A stretch of 46,018 nucleotides of DNA from an uncultured Nitrososphaerales archaeon (GCA_963709405.1 CAVPXM010000033.1:1-46018); one strand, 5' to 3'. Shown: positions 1 to 11,012, counted from the stretch's first letter. Notes: generated from the sequence alone by a model not told the origin. Program-made: numbers and translations.

Positions 1-589
1 GAGTAAGCGATCTGGACAAGACCACTTCTGTAATAGAAGTTCATTTTGGTGTGGCTGAAAATGTGGATAGGCAAAATAGACAAGTTGTATTTCCGTTGGG
101 AAGCGAATTTGCGGCAAAGGGGATTTTTTTTATTTCAAATATTACAAGAGCTGTATCTCCAGAGGGGGGAACATTTACTTTTGGCTGGAACACCTGTATC
201 TGCACAGGATACGACAAATCCTAAAACTATAAGGCATATTGTGCAAAAAATGAAGGAAGACATTACATCAATTTATCCTAATTTTAATGACAAGACTATT
301 CTGTGGTCAAGACCAATGGCATGGAAGCTAGTTGAAAGTGTAGTAAAAGCACCAGGGAAGGTATGGAGACAAAAAAACTCCTCATGAATATCCAAAAATT
401 GGGGGCTTGTTCTTTGTCGGCGATTCTACTATTGAGTACCGCATAGTAACTGATTCAGCGTGCTCACAGCAGCCTATTATGCTATCCGCGATTAATAAAT
501 TACCTCAGGGGTATTGAGAACAAGCGGTACTTAGAGGAAATTAATACTAAACCTTCATGGACCAATGCGCGTAAATATGTTATCCTCTA
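1..589 (+). pseudogene. C-terminal part of an NAD(P)/FAD-dependent oxidoreductase (phytoene dehydrogenase-like), frameshifted; 5' end lies outside the window
   Basis: ORF 46-387 (HLLLAGTPV...IYPNF...) continues in another frame as PHEYPKIGGLFFVGDST...DSA and, after a further +1 shift, AHSSLLCYPRL. GLFFVGDS resembles the C-terminal FAD-binding motif of this family. Shifts fall at T/G/A homopolymers and near 459. Confidence 0.55.
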
Positions 590-899
590 GACACTTGCGT
601 TTAGCTGCGGCATTTGCAAAGTTATCGGCTGTATACGAAGGTATCTTGCGACACTAACTCTAATCGTTTATGAACGTTCAGAGAATGTTTGATCTTATTC
701 TGCATTTATCTAATAAAGATTTATGGTTCCTATTTCCCAGTATGAGGAAAAATAAATGTTATAAAGAGATAAGTCATTTTATTCTATTCTATTCTATTTC
801 ACTGTTAACTGATAGCATGTGCCGATCATCGGATAGGTTTTGGACCATATTTGGTTCATTAGCAATAGCATTATAAACTAAGAAAGCGCATTATGATAC

Positions 900-1142
900 A
901 TGTCAGAAATTACCGATGAAAAGAAGACAAGGGAAGGATCTAGTCAGTGGCCAGATCTGATGGCGCAATTATTTGACCGCTTGACAGGAAAAGGGACCAA
1001 AATAACCTATGAATTTCAGGATTTGGAAATTGATATCCCCCGTGCTACTGGACCTCAGGGACAGAACATAGGTAGTGCCAAATGGACTGTTAATGGAAGA
1101 GTGGTGATAACTGCTCAAACACACAATAGTGATTTTAAATAA
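900..1142 (+). CDS. Hypothetical protein, 80 aa
   Basis: Clean ATG ORF with protein-like composition; TTATAAA TATA-like box at ~871-877. Confidence 0.75.
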   Translation: MSEITDEKKTREGSSQWPDLMAQLFDRLTGKGTKITYEFQDLEIDIPRATGPQGQNIGSAKWTVNGRVVITAQTHNSDFK

Positions 1143-1892
1143 AAATCAATTTGTCTTCATATAAGAGCTAATGTACGATTAGTCTAAAGTAGCAAGCCGT
1201 TGTAAAATTCATCTGCGAAATCGAAATCTGACTATACCTTCGTATAGGTAGACTTTGTGAAGTTTATGATCCTATCGTTGAGGTGCGTAACGTTGTATGA
1301 CATGCCAGATGCGAAAATTATTGAAGGCGTAAAGAAACAAATCTTCCGCCTATTGCGCAGATGACTCCGTAGCTTGTCATTAAGATTGCACAATAAATAT
1401 GCGAGATAGGATCAAAACTATACTTGCTTCTCGGTAGGCCCAAGCGTAAGTCCTAATAACCAAAGAGCGAAAAATGCTATTTTGGAGAATAAAATATACA
1501 ACATTTGGCAAGGCTAGCACTAAACGAGCTAAATGTGTAGACATTTGGGCTTCAGGATCTTTAACCATTGGACACAGCGAAAAAAAGTTGGACGTCAAGG
1601 GTATTTATTAAAGAATGGTTGACAACGTTACGACGTATAACGCCATCAGCTATCCGAAGATTCGAAGATACGATGAATGATTCTAAATCCTTCGCATTGG
1701 ATAGTCATTCGTTAACATCGTGGGTCTACCCGCTATTGCTCAATAGTTACGAAGCTGAAGCCAGGATTTAAAAACGGCTCTACATAAAATTGGTTAAGAA
1801 TAATGGATTAGCATGTGTAGTATCCCTGATATGGATTGACCGTGAGTCGATAGTCACGAATAATAATAGCCTCAACTGCTTCAGTAATGACT

Positions 1893-2363
1893 ATGAAGTT
1901 AGGACAACAGCCAACAACTGGTTGGTCATTGACATTAGTTGCTCTTATTTCTGGCGGACTTATGGCCCTACCCACTAGCACAGTAATAGTGCAAGTATCA
2001 GCGGCATCGACATCAGATAATGCAACCCATTCTGTGCAATCAATGTCGAATAAGACGATGCAGGGCGCAGCTAATGCCACGCATCAGGCAGCCAAGGGTG
2101 CGGCGGCAATGAAATCTAGCGTATTAAACGCAACAAACAATAAAGCTGAATCAGCTGCAAAAACTGTCAATCAATCAAGCAAGTCATCCCAACAAGCTGC
2201 TCAATCGATCAGGGGAGCCATAGTATCTACTGGACAATTTTTAAAGAATGTCACAAATAAATTAGCGGGATCTAAATCTGCTCAAACTTTACTCAACGAA
2301 ACATCCGAAGCATTAGGTAACGCTTCGACTGCAGCTCAGAAAATGTTTAGCAGCAATAAATGA
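1893..2363 (+). CDS. Secreted/membrane-anchored Ala/Ser/Gln/Asn-rich protein with many N-x-S/T sequons
   Basis: Hydrophobic N-terminus (WSLTLVALISGGLMAL) followed by a low-complexity helical body with NAT x3, NKT, NQS, NVT, NET and NAS. The start could be 1887 or 1893. Confidence 0.7.
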   Translation: MKLGQQPTTGWSLTLVALISGGLMALPTSTVIVQVSAASTSDNATHSVQSMSNKTMQGAANATHQAAKGAAAMKSSVLNATNNKAESAAKTVNQSSKSSQQAAQSIRGAIVSTGQFLKNVTNKLAGSKSAQTLLNETSEALGNASTAAQKMFSSNK

Positions 2364-3121
2364 TCGCATACTCAAGTATTTGCTGGAAAGCCATCTAGTT
2401 TGAGTATCAAGCAAAAACACTTTCATAATTCCCGGATTTTTGTGATTACTTCAAGCACGTTGAGAGATTAATTTTTCTATGGTAAATCAGTAAGAAAAGT
2501 ATGTCTTAGCACTATATTAATCAAATGTGCTCTCCCACTTTGAATTGAAATGACACAAATTCAGCTCATTGTCTATGACTGTTAGACGGATATTCATTGT
2601 TGGTATCGTATGAATCACTGCCGTTTTAGGTTTAAGGAGTAGTATCTGTTATGGATAAAATTATCGCTCATATTCGGCATTGACAATCGCATTTATGCAA
2701 TAGAAATAGAGACGTAAAAAATAAGAATCACCACAAAATTATCAGATTACCATGTCCACGGTCCGGTAAAGTGAACAACTAGAACAGTCGTAATAAATTC
2801 CAGATTTTTATATCACCTTCCTGCAGACATTCACATTCTGGAAAACCAGTATTGTTATCCCAGGAGATATCAAGTATACTGCCTTGAAATGTCGAGATAA
2901 TGATTATAGAGTGACCGGCTCGATAAGGCGTGTCTATCACTTTTATATGTTAGAGATCATAAAGTTAATGATAATAATAAGGTGCTAAGTAATATGCAAT
3001 CCTATTTAGGTTAAAGAACCTGATATATGAAGCTGTTTTTTCTATCACAGTATTTTAAATTAACTTCTGAAAAAATACTTGATGATCAAAAAATTACATA
3101 GAAAAATGGAGGGTATGCCTT

Positions 3122-3673
3122 TTATTTAGTTGTGTTATCTTGTGTTAGTCTTGAGACTTCTTTTGAATTCTGCTCAAAAGTTTTTGCTGCGTTAACACCT
3201 ATTCGTGAAAGTTCCTTTGCATTATTTTTGGCTTGTTGCAGAGACGTTTTGTATGCTTCTGCACATCCAAAGATGACGTTATTTGTTAATCTTGTTACAG
3301 CGAATAAATTGTCGGCATAAGATCGAGCTGTATTCGTATAAACCTCTGATACTCGTCCTGGAGATAATAAGGTGGAAACATTCCTTGAATAGTTCTCCAT
3401 ATACGGAGCCCATACCGATTGGTACGAATTAATGATTTCCTTCTGTGATGTTATAAAATTATCAGCCAATTCTCGAGTAGCTTCAATGGATTGTTCTTGA
3501 CATTCGTTAATTGCTTTTGTGTAACGTGGAATTTCTCTCTTTGCTTCTTCCACTGACTTGCGAATCTCTTCTCTTGTTTGATCCAACGCCTTGTTGACAA
3601 CTTCTTCCTGATCTTTTTTCAATTGTGAGGTGGATGTAGCAAAAGTAGAATCTTGTTCTTTCTTAGATGACAT
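3122..3673 (-). CDS. Phasin (PhaP)-like amphipathic helical protein
   Basis: All-helical, Q/E/N/A-rich 183-aa protein (ALDQTREEIRKSVEEAKREIPRYT...NFITSQKEIINSYQSVW). The second Met (3673) has TTATATA ~26-32 nt upstream. Phasin function is inferred. Confidence 0.6.
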   Translation of the reverse strand: MSSKKEQDSTFATSTSQLKKDQEEVVNKALDQTREEIRKSVEEAKREIPRYTKAINECQEQSIEATRELADNFITSQKEIINSYQSVWAPYMENYSRNVSTLLSPGRVSEVYTNTARSYADNLFAVTRLTNNVIFGCAEAYKTSLQQAKNNAKELSRIGVNAAKTFEQNSKEVSRLTQDNTTK

Positions 3674-3698
3674 ATTAAATATAACACTGTAATACCGA

Positions 3699-3735
3699 TA
3701 TATAATCCTTGCCATTAAATGGTATTAAATACCAT
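3699..3735 (-). promoter_or_regulatory. TATA box (3699-3705) plus perfect inverted repeat ATGGTATT-A-AATACCAT (3719-3735)
   Basis: Read directly; spacing fits a leaderless transcript of the phasin-like gene. Confidence 0.55.
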
Positions 3736-4406
3736 AAATAACCCGGTTGATGTTTAAATTCACAACATAAATTTAATAATTGATGCGCTCAGATCTCTTG
3801 ATCTCATCCACATCCTTTTGATTATTGCATATGCCGGTATATCATCTTAAAGTTCGCGTACCAAATTGTGCAGATGACTCAATAATTCAGACAACCGGCT
3901 AACATCTAAATCGTACCAATAGTAAAAGGGATATTGAAAATGCAAGGTTTTAATTCATTTTGAATACTCAGTACCCTCTATGGGTTTAAGTAATTAATCT
4001 TTCTGCCATTGTCCTCCAACAAGAATTTTTGAAACCTGCTTACGACGTGACTGGTAATTGAAAAGCAATAATAAATTTCTGAGTTGCACCCAATTGATTG
4101 ATTTTGAGATATTTTACAAGTATCTTATTGTTAATTTAATGACTACATTCTAGTGTTACCATCACATAGTAAATTGAAAACTAACTGATGAATATCCTGG
4201 TTTTTTACAGAATAGAGGTAAATACAAATTTATATCCTATACAAGTTTCAATCTTTTTTGAATGATCGCCAATTCTTCTGCTAAATTTCGTAAATTAACA
4301 TGTGCCAGCTTGACAAATGGATTGGCCATTGCGAGTTATTTATATTCATATAGGATCTTTTTTCCAGATTCTAAGTACTGATTATTTTTATATTTGAGAG
4401 CCATTC

Positions 4407-5313
4407 ATGCACATTGAGGAACATTGTATGTATTCAAATTATAGTGTCAATCTAAAACTGGCAATGATAGTGCTAGCATTGTTAGCTTCAATATCTTCTT
4501 TGAGTTTGTCGTTAAATGTGTCTCCTACTTTACTCACATTCAACAAATATGCTTTTGCGCAGCAGAACCCGGTACTGCCAAATTATAAAGGAGCGTGAAC
4601 GAACCATCTAAGGTGCTCGATAGTCGAAGCAATTCGACTTCCAATGAGATTCAACCTACATCGCTCGCTCATTATCAACCTATTACTCCTACTGTCTTGT
4701 ATTACTCAGGCAAATCTGATAGCGCAGGTATGAACAGTATCCCAACGTCAGGAACAAGCACAAATAACCTAGCTAACTCTTCTAGTCTGGTCCAACCTGT
4801 ATCGCTAGCACACTATCAACCTATTACCCCTGCAGACTTCACAGGATCCTGCTAGCAGTACTGATCAAAGCAATTCTGGCCACCATGCAGCATCATCTGA
4901 GTAGCGATAACAGCAATAACAACAGTGGAAGTAGTAGTCATCACAGTAGCAATGACAACAGTAACAATGGCAATGGTCACTATAATAATAATCACCAAAA
5001 ATCATCGGGATCGAATCATTATAGCAATAATGGTCACACTAGCGGAGGCAATGGCCGTCACAGTATTGGCCACCACGGTGGCACTCATCATGGTAATGAG
5101 GGAGATGGAAACGCAATTATTATCTCTTCGAGTAATAATTACGATAGTTTCGGAGGTAGCAATCACAGACATAACCATTATGATGGATCTGGTAACGATA
5201 ACGGTGGCGATGGCGGTATTTCTATAACATCTGATGGTGGTGCGTTTGCCTCAGATGGTGGGGGTGCGTTTGCCTCAGCTGGCGGTGGGGGTGCGTTTGC
5301 ATCGGCTGGTTGA
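4407..5313 (+). pseudogene. Secreted low-complexity protein split into three ORFs: signal peptide, SLAHYQPITP x2, then a His/Asn/Gly-rich tail with GGxAFAS repeats
   Basis: ORFs 4407-4598 (signal peptide ending YAFAQ), 4595-4855 and 4885-5313 are collinear and compositionally continuous but lie in different frames. Confidence 0.6.
5232..5310 (+). repeat. Coding tandem repeat, three copies of GGTGCGTTTGC (GGAFAS) at 24-27 bp spacing
   Basis: gatggtggtgcgtttgcctca / gatggtgggggtgcgtttgcctca / gctggcggtgggggtgcgtttgcatcg. Confidence 0.85.
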
Positions 5314-5844
5314 TTGCAATTTTCGATTCATAACGATCCTTTTTAGAACGTGATGACGCCAGGTTATAGTTTTGAAGAAGCCAGAATGGGCAAATTGATA
5401 GAAATTCATTTATCATGGTGCCATTATAGGCCCTATTTGTATTTTCGTAGCTCAGCTCGCTTGCACATTACTGCATTTCACCAGTGCAGAATACAACTCC
5501 ATCTCCTGATAACGCATCATAATTTTATGAAGTGTTATTCAAATTTATCCATTCGGCTAGACCTCAATAAACTTCTGTAGAACAATGACATAGCAAAATG
5601 AATGATATTACAACATCTAGTCAATAAAATAGACATTACCAAAGATTTGAATTTGATAAAGTGCCTCGTACAGTAGGCTATAATTCGCACTTACCAATTA
5701 TTAACCTCTTAGAATAACCAATAGCACTATGGTGATTTCGTTTAATTTAGGCTTGGAGAGACTTCGTTTAAGCCCCACGTTTGTGAGTGTTAAAAATGAA
5801 TGAACATACTTAATAGTATACCATAGTACCTCTAATGCCAATAA

Positions 5845-6468
5845 ATGAATTCGTATACCAGGTTTTCGTTTAATAGTAGGGACTTGGCCACTTACACTTC
5901 TTTATCTGTTGTTAGTATAATAGTTTGCTTGTTGCTAATTACCAACTCCGAGATCCCACGTGCCTGGGGTCTTTTCGATTTGATTCCTCATACTGAATTT
6001 AAGGTCAACAATTTACTGACATTCCGAGATTCTACCCTAGGATTTGAAATAAGTTACCCAGAAGGTTGGACACACGAGATGCACTCCGGCGGTATAGTTA
6101 CCTTTCTTGCAGCGACTGAAGGAAATCCAAGCTTATATCCGGCAGGACTTGTAGTAAAGGTTCAGCATTTAACAAAGATTGTTTCACTCTATCAAATAAC
6201 TCAAGTACAAATGAAGAACTTGACCCAAAATCATCCTGATTTTAAACTTTTAAAGTCAATCGATTCTAAGTTGGCTGGCACGAACGCGCATGAAATCTCA
6301 TTTACTGCGATAGACAGTCACAAGCAAAAAAGAAAGGCAATGCAGATCTGGACAATAAATGGCGAGACGGCATATTTAATAACATACAAGGCCGATCCAG
6401 GAGCATACTCGGTGTATTTACCGGTAATTCAGAAAATGGTGGATTCGTTTAAGTTTACGAATCACTAA
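5845..6468 (+). CDS. PsbP/DUF1795 (DcrB)-like extracellular protein
   Basis: N-terminal TM/signal segment; GFEISYPEGW, LAGTNAHEISFT, AYLITY and IQKMVDSFKF match Mog1p/PsbP-fold proteins. Confidence 0.8.
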   Translation: MNSYTRFSFNSRDLATYTSLSVVSIIVCLLLITNSEIPRAWGLFDLIPHTEFKVNNLLTFRDSTLGFEISYPEGWTHEMHSGGIVTFLAATEGNPSLYPAGLVVKVQHLTKIVSLYQITQVQMKNLTQNHPDFKLLKSIDSKLAGTNAHEISFTAIDSHKQKRKAMQIWTINGETAYLITYKADPGAYSVYLPVIQKMVDSFKFTNH

Positions 6469-6707
6469 ATAGGAGTTTCATCAATTATAATAATTTTGAT
6501 AAAATGGTGTACTGCACAAGTTATATTCTCGCTAATATTATCCAGTCTAATGAAAGGCTGACGTAAATTGCTACAACGTGAGAATTATAGTGTATCAAAG
6601 AAACTAGAGTTACTAAGAAATCGTCAGAAAGAAATATCAGATTAAATATGGTGCAAATTTTCGCCTAATGCAGATAAAGAATCACATGAACTTATTTCTT
6701 GAATATA

Positions 6708-7078
6708 TGAACAACAAGACTCTCACAATTGCTGCCATTGCGGCTTTCGCAGCTCTTTTAGCGACAGGAGCAGTAATGACTTCAGGCAATGCATTTGCAG
6801 GAGGACACCATTATAAGAAAACCGTAACGCAAACTACAGCACAACAAAATCAATGTGGAAATGGTGCGTGACCACTTGGCATTTTCTGTCAAACCCTTGG
6901 TAACCAAGTAAATGGAAACCATAATGCAGTCAACGTAATCGGTGTACAGCCAAGCGGCTTTGGAGGATTCGATCACGGCGATGACCACAAAGACAACGGT
7001 GAACGGTATCAGGCGGTGGCGAGCACCCAACGCCGGTCAAAGCACAAACTTACATTTTTTTTCAGATTGCGTTTTTAA
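6708..7078 (+). pseudogene. Secreted protein with a CGNG...FCQ...NQVNGNHNAV motif, interrupted by an in-frame TGA (6869-6871)
   Basis: Signal peptide (TIAAIAAFAALLATGAV..AFA). The same frame continues after the stop as PLGIFCQTLGNQVNGNHNAVNVIGVQ to TAA 7076-7078. Confidence 0.65.
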
Positions 7079-7179
7079 GGGAATGAGCCGGAACAGTTAG
7101 CAAAAATAAGCTATTATTACGCAAATAAATCCCTGAGAGGAAGTCGAACAACGTACTATAAAGGATGGGACTACTGCTA

Positions 7180-7395
7180 CGTAGGACTTCCGGAAAGGCA
7201 AACGCCGATAGATGTATCCTCATTGATCAATGCTCGTCGTAGTCTTGCAGGATCAGTCATAGGTGGAATTCGCGAGACTCAGGAGATGCTTGACTTTTGT
7301 AGTAAACATAACATCGCCAGTGAATGAGGCTTACGAGAGGGTTTGAGAAGTGACGTTCGATATAGATTCGTCATAGACATGAACTCGCTTGATGG
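7180..7395 (+). pseudogene. C-terminal remnant of a Zn-dependent NADPH alcohol/aldehyde dehydrogenase (YahK/AdhC/CAD-like)
   Basis: Manual translation gives VGLPE...RRSLAGSVIGGIRETQEMLDFCSKHNIA, then after a deletion/frameshift NEAYERV../SDVRYRFVIDM, the typical CAD-family C-terminus. Confidence 0.85.
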
Positions 7396-8506
7396 AACCT
7401 ATACACTCAGTTAGTTTTCTATTATCTCGGCCGCGAGTAATACTGTACTCGAAGTGGAATCAAGTTGCTTATCCAAATCGATAGGAACATAGGATGTATA
7501 TCCCGCTTGTATACCCAAAGGAATCTATCATGCATTTGGATTTCGATCCTGTCCTGATTACCAACTTGATCCTTACAATTAGAGATCAAATTAAGATCCC
7601 CATATTGAAGAGCTGCCACGATCCACACTTGTCAATTTAGTGCTCTCAATCCTGGGATGTAAGATCCAAAGATTCGATCCATCGTTTAATGCGTGACGAA
7701 ATGAGATATTTTGAATTGCGTTTTTGTCGAGATTACGATCTCAATACAGTCTTGAAATGTGTTAGAACTATGACTTAAAGGTCATTTAAATGTGATCGTC
7801 TATAAAATAATATCATATTATGTGCTTAACGACTTTTCTGTAAAAGTCTAGCCTCGAACTAGATCCAGTTCAAATCAAAATCGAATATCTCGGTAATGGG
7901 TTCGACACTCCAGTCATCCGAGACCACAAAATTGAAGGCCAAAATCATGTCGATGCCTCAAATAGAAACATTGGATATAGGAAAAGGTGGATATAAGATG
8001 AGAATGACTGGTGTGAGTAATTTGCATGATCTTCTTCATAATATACTTGTATCAAGCAATAGAGATTAAGAAGCCCAAGAACCTTTTACGTTAGAAGAGA
8101 AAGATCTGTAGGTTCTTGTAATCGTCTACATTGACTTTCAGGCGCAAAGTGTTTGTATCCATTCTCTACAATGACACTAGGATTCATAAGAATTCTTGAT
8201 TCTCCATATCACCAAGAAGATTCCTAAAACTATAAAAGTCAAGAATAGTCATAAAATACCTTAAAAGTCATTTCAAACCAATAGTTTCTAGTAGTTTTTG
8301 AATCGTCCCCTTTAAATATGATCTTATTCTTCATCGGCACCTGCACATGTAATGGAAGTAGCGTTCCAGGAGATTCGGCGATTTCGCATCACTCATTCTC
8401 CTAGTTCATCCACATTTAGAGCGTTCTAATATCTGGTGTAAATAGTAACGGCAACTAGTTATGCATATGACATATAAATACTAGCCTGCCTAACTACTTG
8501 TTAGAT

Positions 8507-8800
8507 TTGTCACACTATATCTTACTCATAAATTGGACTGAGCAAGGGATTAGAAAGATCAAAGACTCTCCTGATCGTTACACTTCCTTCAAAGCGTCCG
8601 TCGAAAAAGCAGGGGGAAAAATGATTGGAGGTTACTATACCTTCGGAGAATACGATGTGGTAATAATTATAGAAGCTCCAAACGATGAAGCAGTAATGTC
8701 TCTAATGCTCAAAGTTGGCTCGGCTGAGAATGTAAGAACGAAAACCTTGAAAGCATTTACCGCAGAGGAAGGAATGAAGATTATCAAGGATCTTCCATAA
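8507..8800 (+). CDS. GYD domain-containing protein
   Basis: YILLINWTEQG...YYTFGEYDVVIIIEAP...RTKTLKAF; TATAAATA at ~8474. TTG start at 8498 or 8507. Confidence 0.9.
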   Translation: MSHYILLINWTEQGIRKIKDSPDRYTSFKASVEKAGGKMIGGYYTFGEYDVVIIIEAPNDEAVMSLMLKVGSAENVRTKTLKAFTAEEGMKIIKDLP

Positions 8801-9498
8801 CCTTTTCTATAACAGACACATCAAAGATTCCTAAAGGATAAGTTAATTTTGGAAGCTTATTTAATACTGGAGAGTATTTTTAATAATTAATCTGTATATT
8901 TTCGTTCTTTTAAGATTGCATGTTTCTGTCGTAAATTGAAAGCTCGTTAGTTAGATAAATAATCGCACTATTTTGCTAGAAAAAGGCTATAAAGAGTGAC
9001 TCGGCTGCAAAAGATATAGCCTTAGAAATAACATTCAAAGACCTGAAGAAAATAGTACCGACTAAAGATTTGATGACAAACTCTAGGGCCCACATTTTGT
9101 GTCAACACTCCTTCACGTATTATCTAACCGAAATATAGCCGAACATACCCTCAATCAAGTCAGCTCATTAGAGAACAGAATTCTCAATCGATTCCAATAG
9201 TCTTCCCTTCAAAGTAACGGAATTCATTTATAAAATGGTAGGTTATAATTCTTCACCTAACAAACCCAATGACTATCACTTATATAATTTTGAGTATGTA
9301 TTCAATTATTGTATCTTAGGATAATCAAGTATGTAGTCACGCTCACCTGCTCATTACGATAAAATTAATGATTCTTGTAATTAGTGGCATTGCAATCAGC
9401 TTATTTCTCCATGCCCGTGTGTCTAAATAACAAGTCGACTTGATAAATCGTAGGCCATTGTTAGTATTCCTATTATAGATCCTTGCCGTAGTCTACTT

Positions 9499-9652
9499 GT
9501 TGACATCTCCTCCTATCCTTTCAGGAAAGAGGATACTCCTGTTAAATGGCGATCCGGGTTTCTGCTCCGTTCACCGAAGGTCGCTATTATGGTAAAGGTG
9601 AAAGGCCAAACACGGAGCTGGCCCGTAATAGCACCTTTCCCTACAGGAGAAT
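9499..9652 (-). ncRNA. Putative orphan IS200/IS605-type right-end (omega/reRNA-like) structured element
   Basis: The minus strand ends GGAGTATCC-[hairpin]-TAGGAGGAGATGTCAAC, resembling the GAATCC..stem..GGAGGATGTCAA right end of IS605/IS607 tnpB elements. It has four perfect 7-bp complementary pairs and is GC-rich relative to its flanks. Confidence 0.5.
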
Positions 9653-10075
9653 AAAAAATGAACTTGAACAATCAGTGGAAAGATTTGTCAAAAGTGACAT
9701 GACTGAGTGATATCGTCCTTTAGCGAAAAAGTGAACGAGATTTCTTCCTTTATTGATGCGATATACCACACACCTATGATTTTTTCCATTAAGTATAAAT
9801 GATCAACTTACTGACTGACTGTCACACTTGTTCCTCTGGGAGCGATACCGGTAAGGGCAAGTAAAGAATACGTGGGACGATCATACACCGTGATCATACA
9901 CCTATTAGCTTCTGATTTTAATACGTATCATCTCATAAAGCTATTAGAGCATCTATTTGGAGCCGATGTTACTTCGAGTGGACATAAAATGTAATCTGAA
10001 TAATAGAAAAATTATTACTTTCTTGTCACATAAAGATTCTGCTTTTTGGTGCTATTCAGTCCCAGGCCTGTTAAA

Positions 10076-10600
10076 TTATAAGGCTCTAATTAATTTTTCA
10101 TAACTGTTTGTACATATTTCTATAATATTACCAAATGGATCTTCACAAAACGCTATTTTATAACCCTGAGAAGGAATTAGCTCCCAAATCTCACTGCGTT
10201 GTCGGCCTCCAGATTGACATATTTTTTTACATAACTCTTCGATGTTTGGGTCTGTAATGCAAGTATGAAGATATCCTGGTTTCCAGTATTCATAAGAGTC
10301 GCCGGCTCGACTTTCTGCCATCGGCTCCAAGTACTCAAATATTTCGATACCTACTTGATTGCCTGAGATCAGCCACGCAGCCCGCAACTTCTTCAGACGT
10401 GGACCGTGTATGTTTTTCAATACGACGCCCACCAAAGAATCATCGACTACAATTTCTATAGGTCCTTTTATGACAACAAATCCTAAGACGTCGTTATACC
10501 ACTTTACTGCCTTCTCAATATCAGGTACACTTATCGCAACATGATTTACAGTCCGGGGATAGGTAACAAAATCAGAGCGGTGAGTGAGTGTTTCTTCCAT
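10076..10600 (-). CDS. VOC family (lactoylglutathione lyase/glyoxalase-like) protein
   Basis: VNHVAISVPDIEKAVKWYNDVLGF, GIEIFEY, YLHTCI, FCEDPFGNIIEI; metal ligands H/E/H/E present. Confidence 0.9.
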   Translation of the reverse strand: MEETLTHRSDFVTYPRTVNHVAISVPDIEKAVKWYNDVLGFVVIKGPIEIVVDDSLVGVVLKNIHGPRLKKLRAAWLISGNQVGIEIFEYLEPMAESRAGDSYEYWKPGYLHTCITDPNIEELCKKICQSGGRQRSEIWELIPSQGYKIAFCEDPFGNIIEICTNSYEKLIRAL

Positions 10601-11012
10601 AATTCCATTTATTCATATTGGTTAAATATTTTGCTATAATATTTTCTATGGTGGATTCATTCTATTTTTGTACACCTCTACTATGAGAGTCTTCTAGCAT
10701 TGACATTTGTAATCAACAATGACATGAAAAGAATTGGATAACAAGTATGGATTGAAATGCCAGGATTAGACATACGATAGCTGAGATTGATTATTTGAAT
10801 AAGGAATTGTACATCCAGAGATTTTATGTTAATTTGTAATAGTTTTGAGCCATTCTATATTTCCCGGATACTCAAAACTTTGAAATAATTACAAATAATA
10901 AAGATGTCCGAGATTTAGAATGATAATTAATTCGATACGACTCATGTAATGATGACATGACATTATGCTCTCTCCGATGGTTTAAAAATTATAAATAGCG
11001 CCATTATTTACC

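Noticed and set aside
1200-1800. Short ORFs at 670-876, 1380-1598 and 1568-1771
   Set aside because: No recognisable motifs; likely chance ORFs or heavily decayed sequence.
4925-5227. Hydrophobic Ile/Val/Met/Thr-rich 100-aa ORF
   Set aside because: Alternative-frame read of the Asn/Gly/His-rich codons.
6869-6871. Selenocysteine or pyrrolysine recoding at in-frame stops (6869 TGA, 21506 TAG)
   Set aside because: All three stop types occur, the positions do not look catalytic, and I see no SECIS-like element or recoding machinery.
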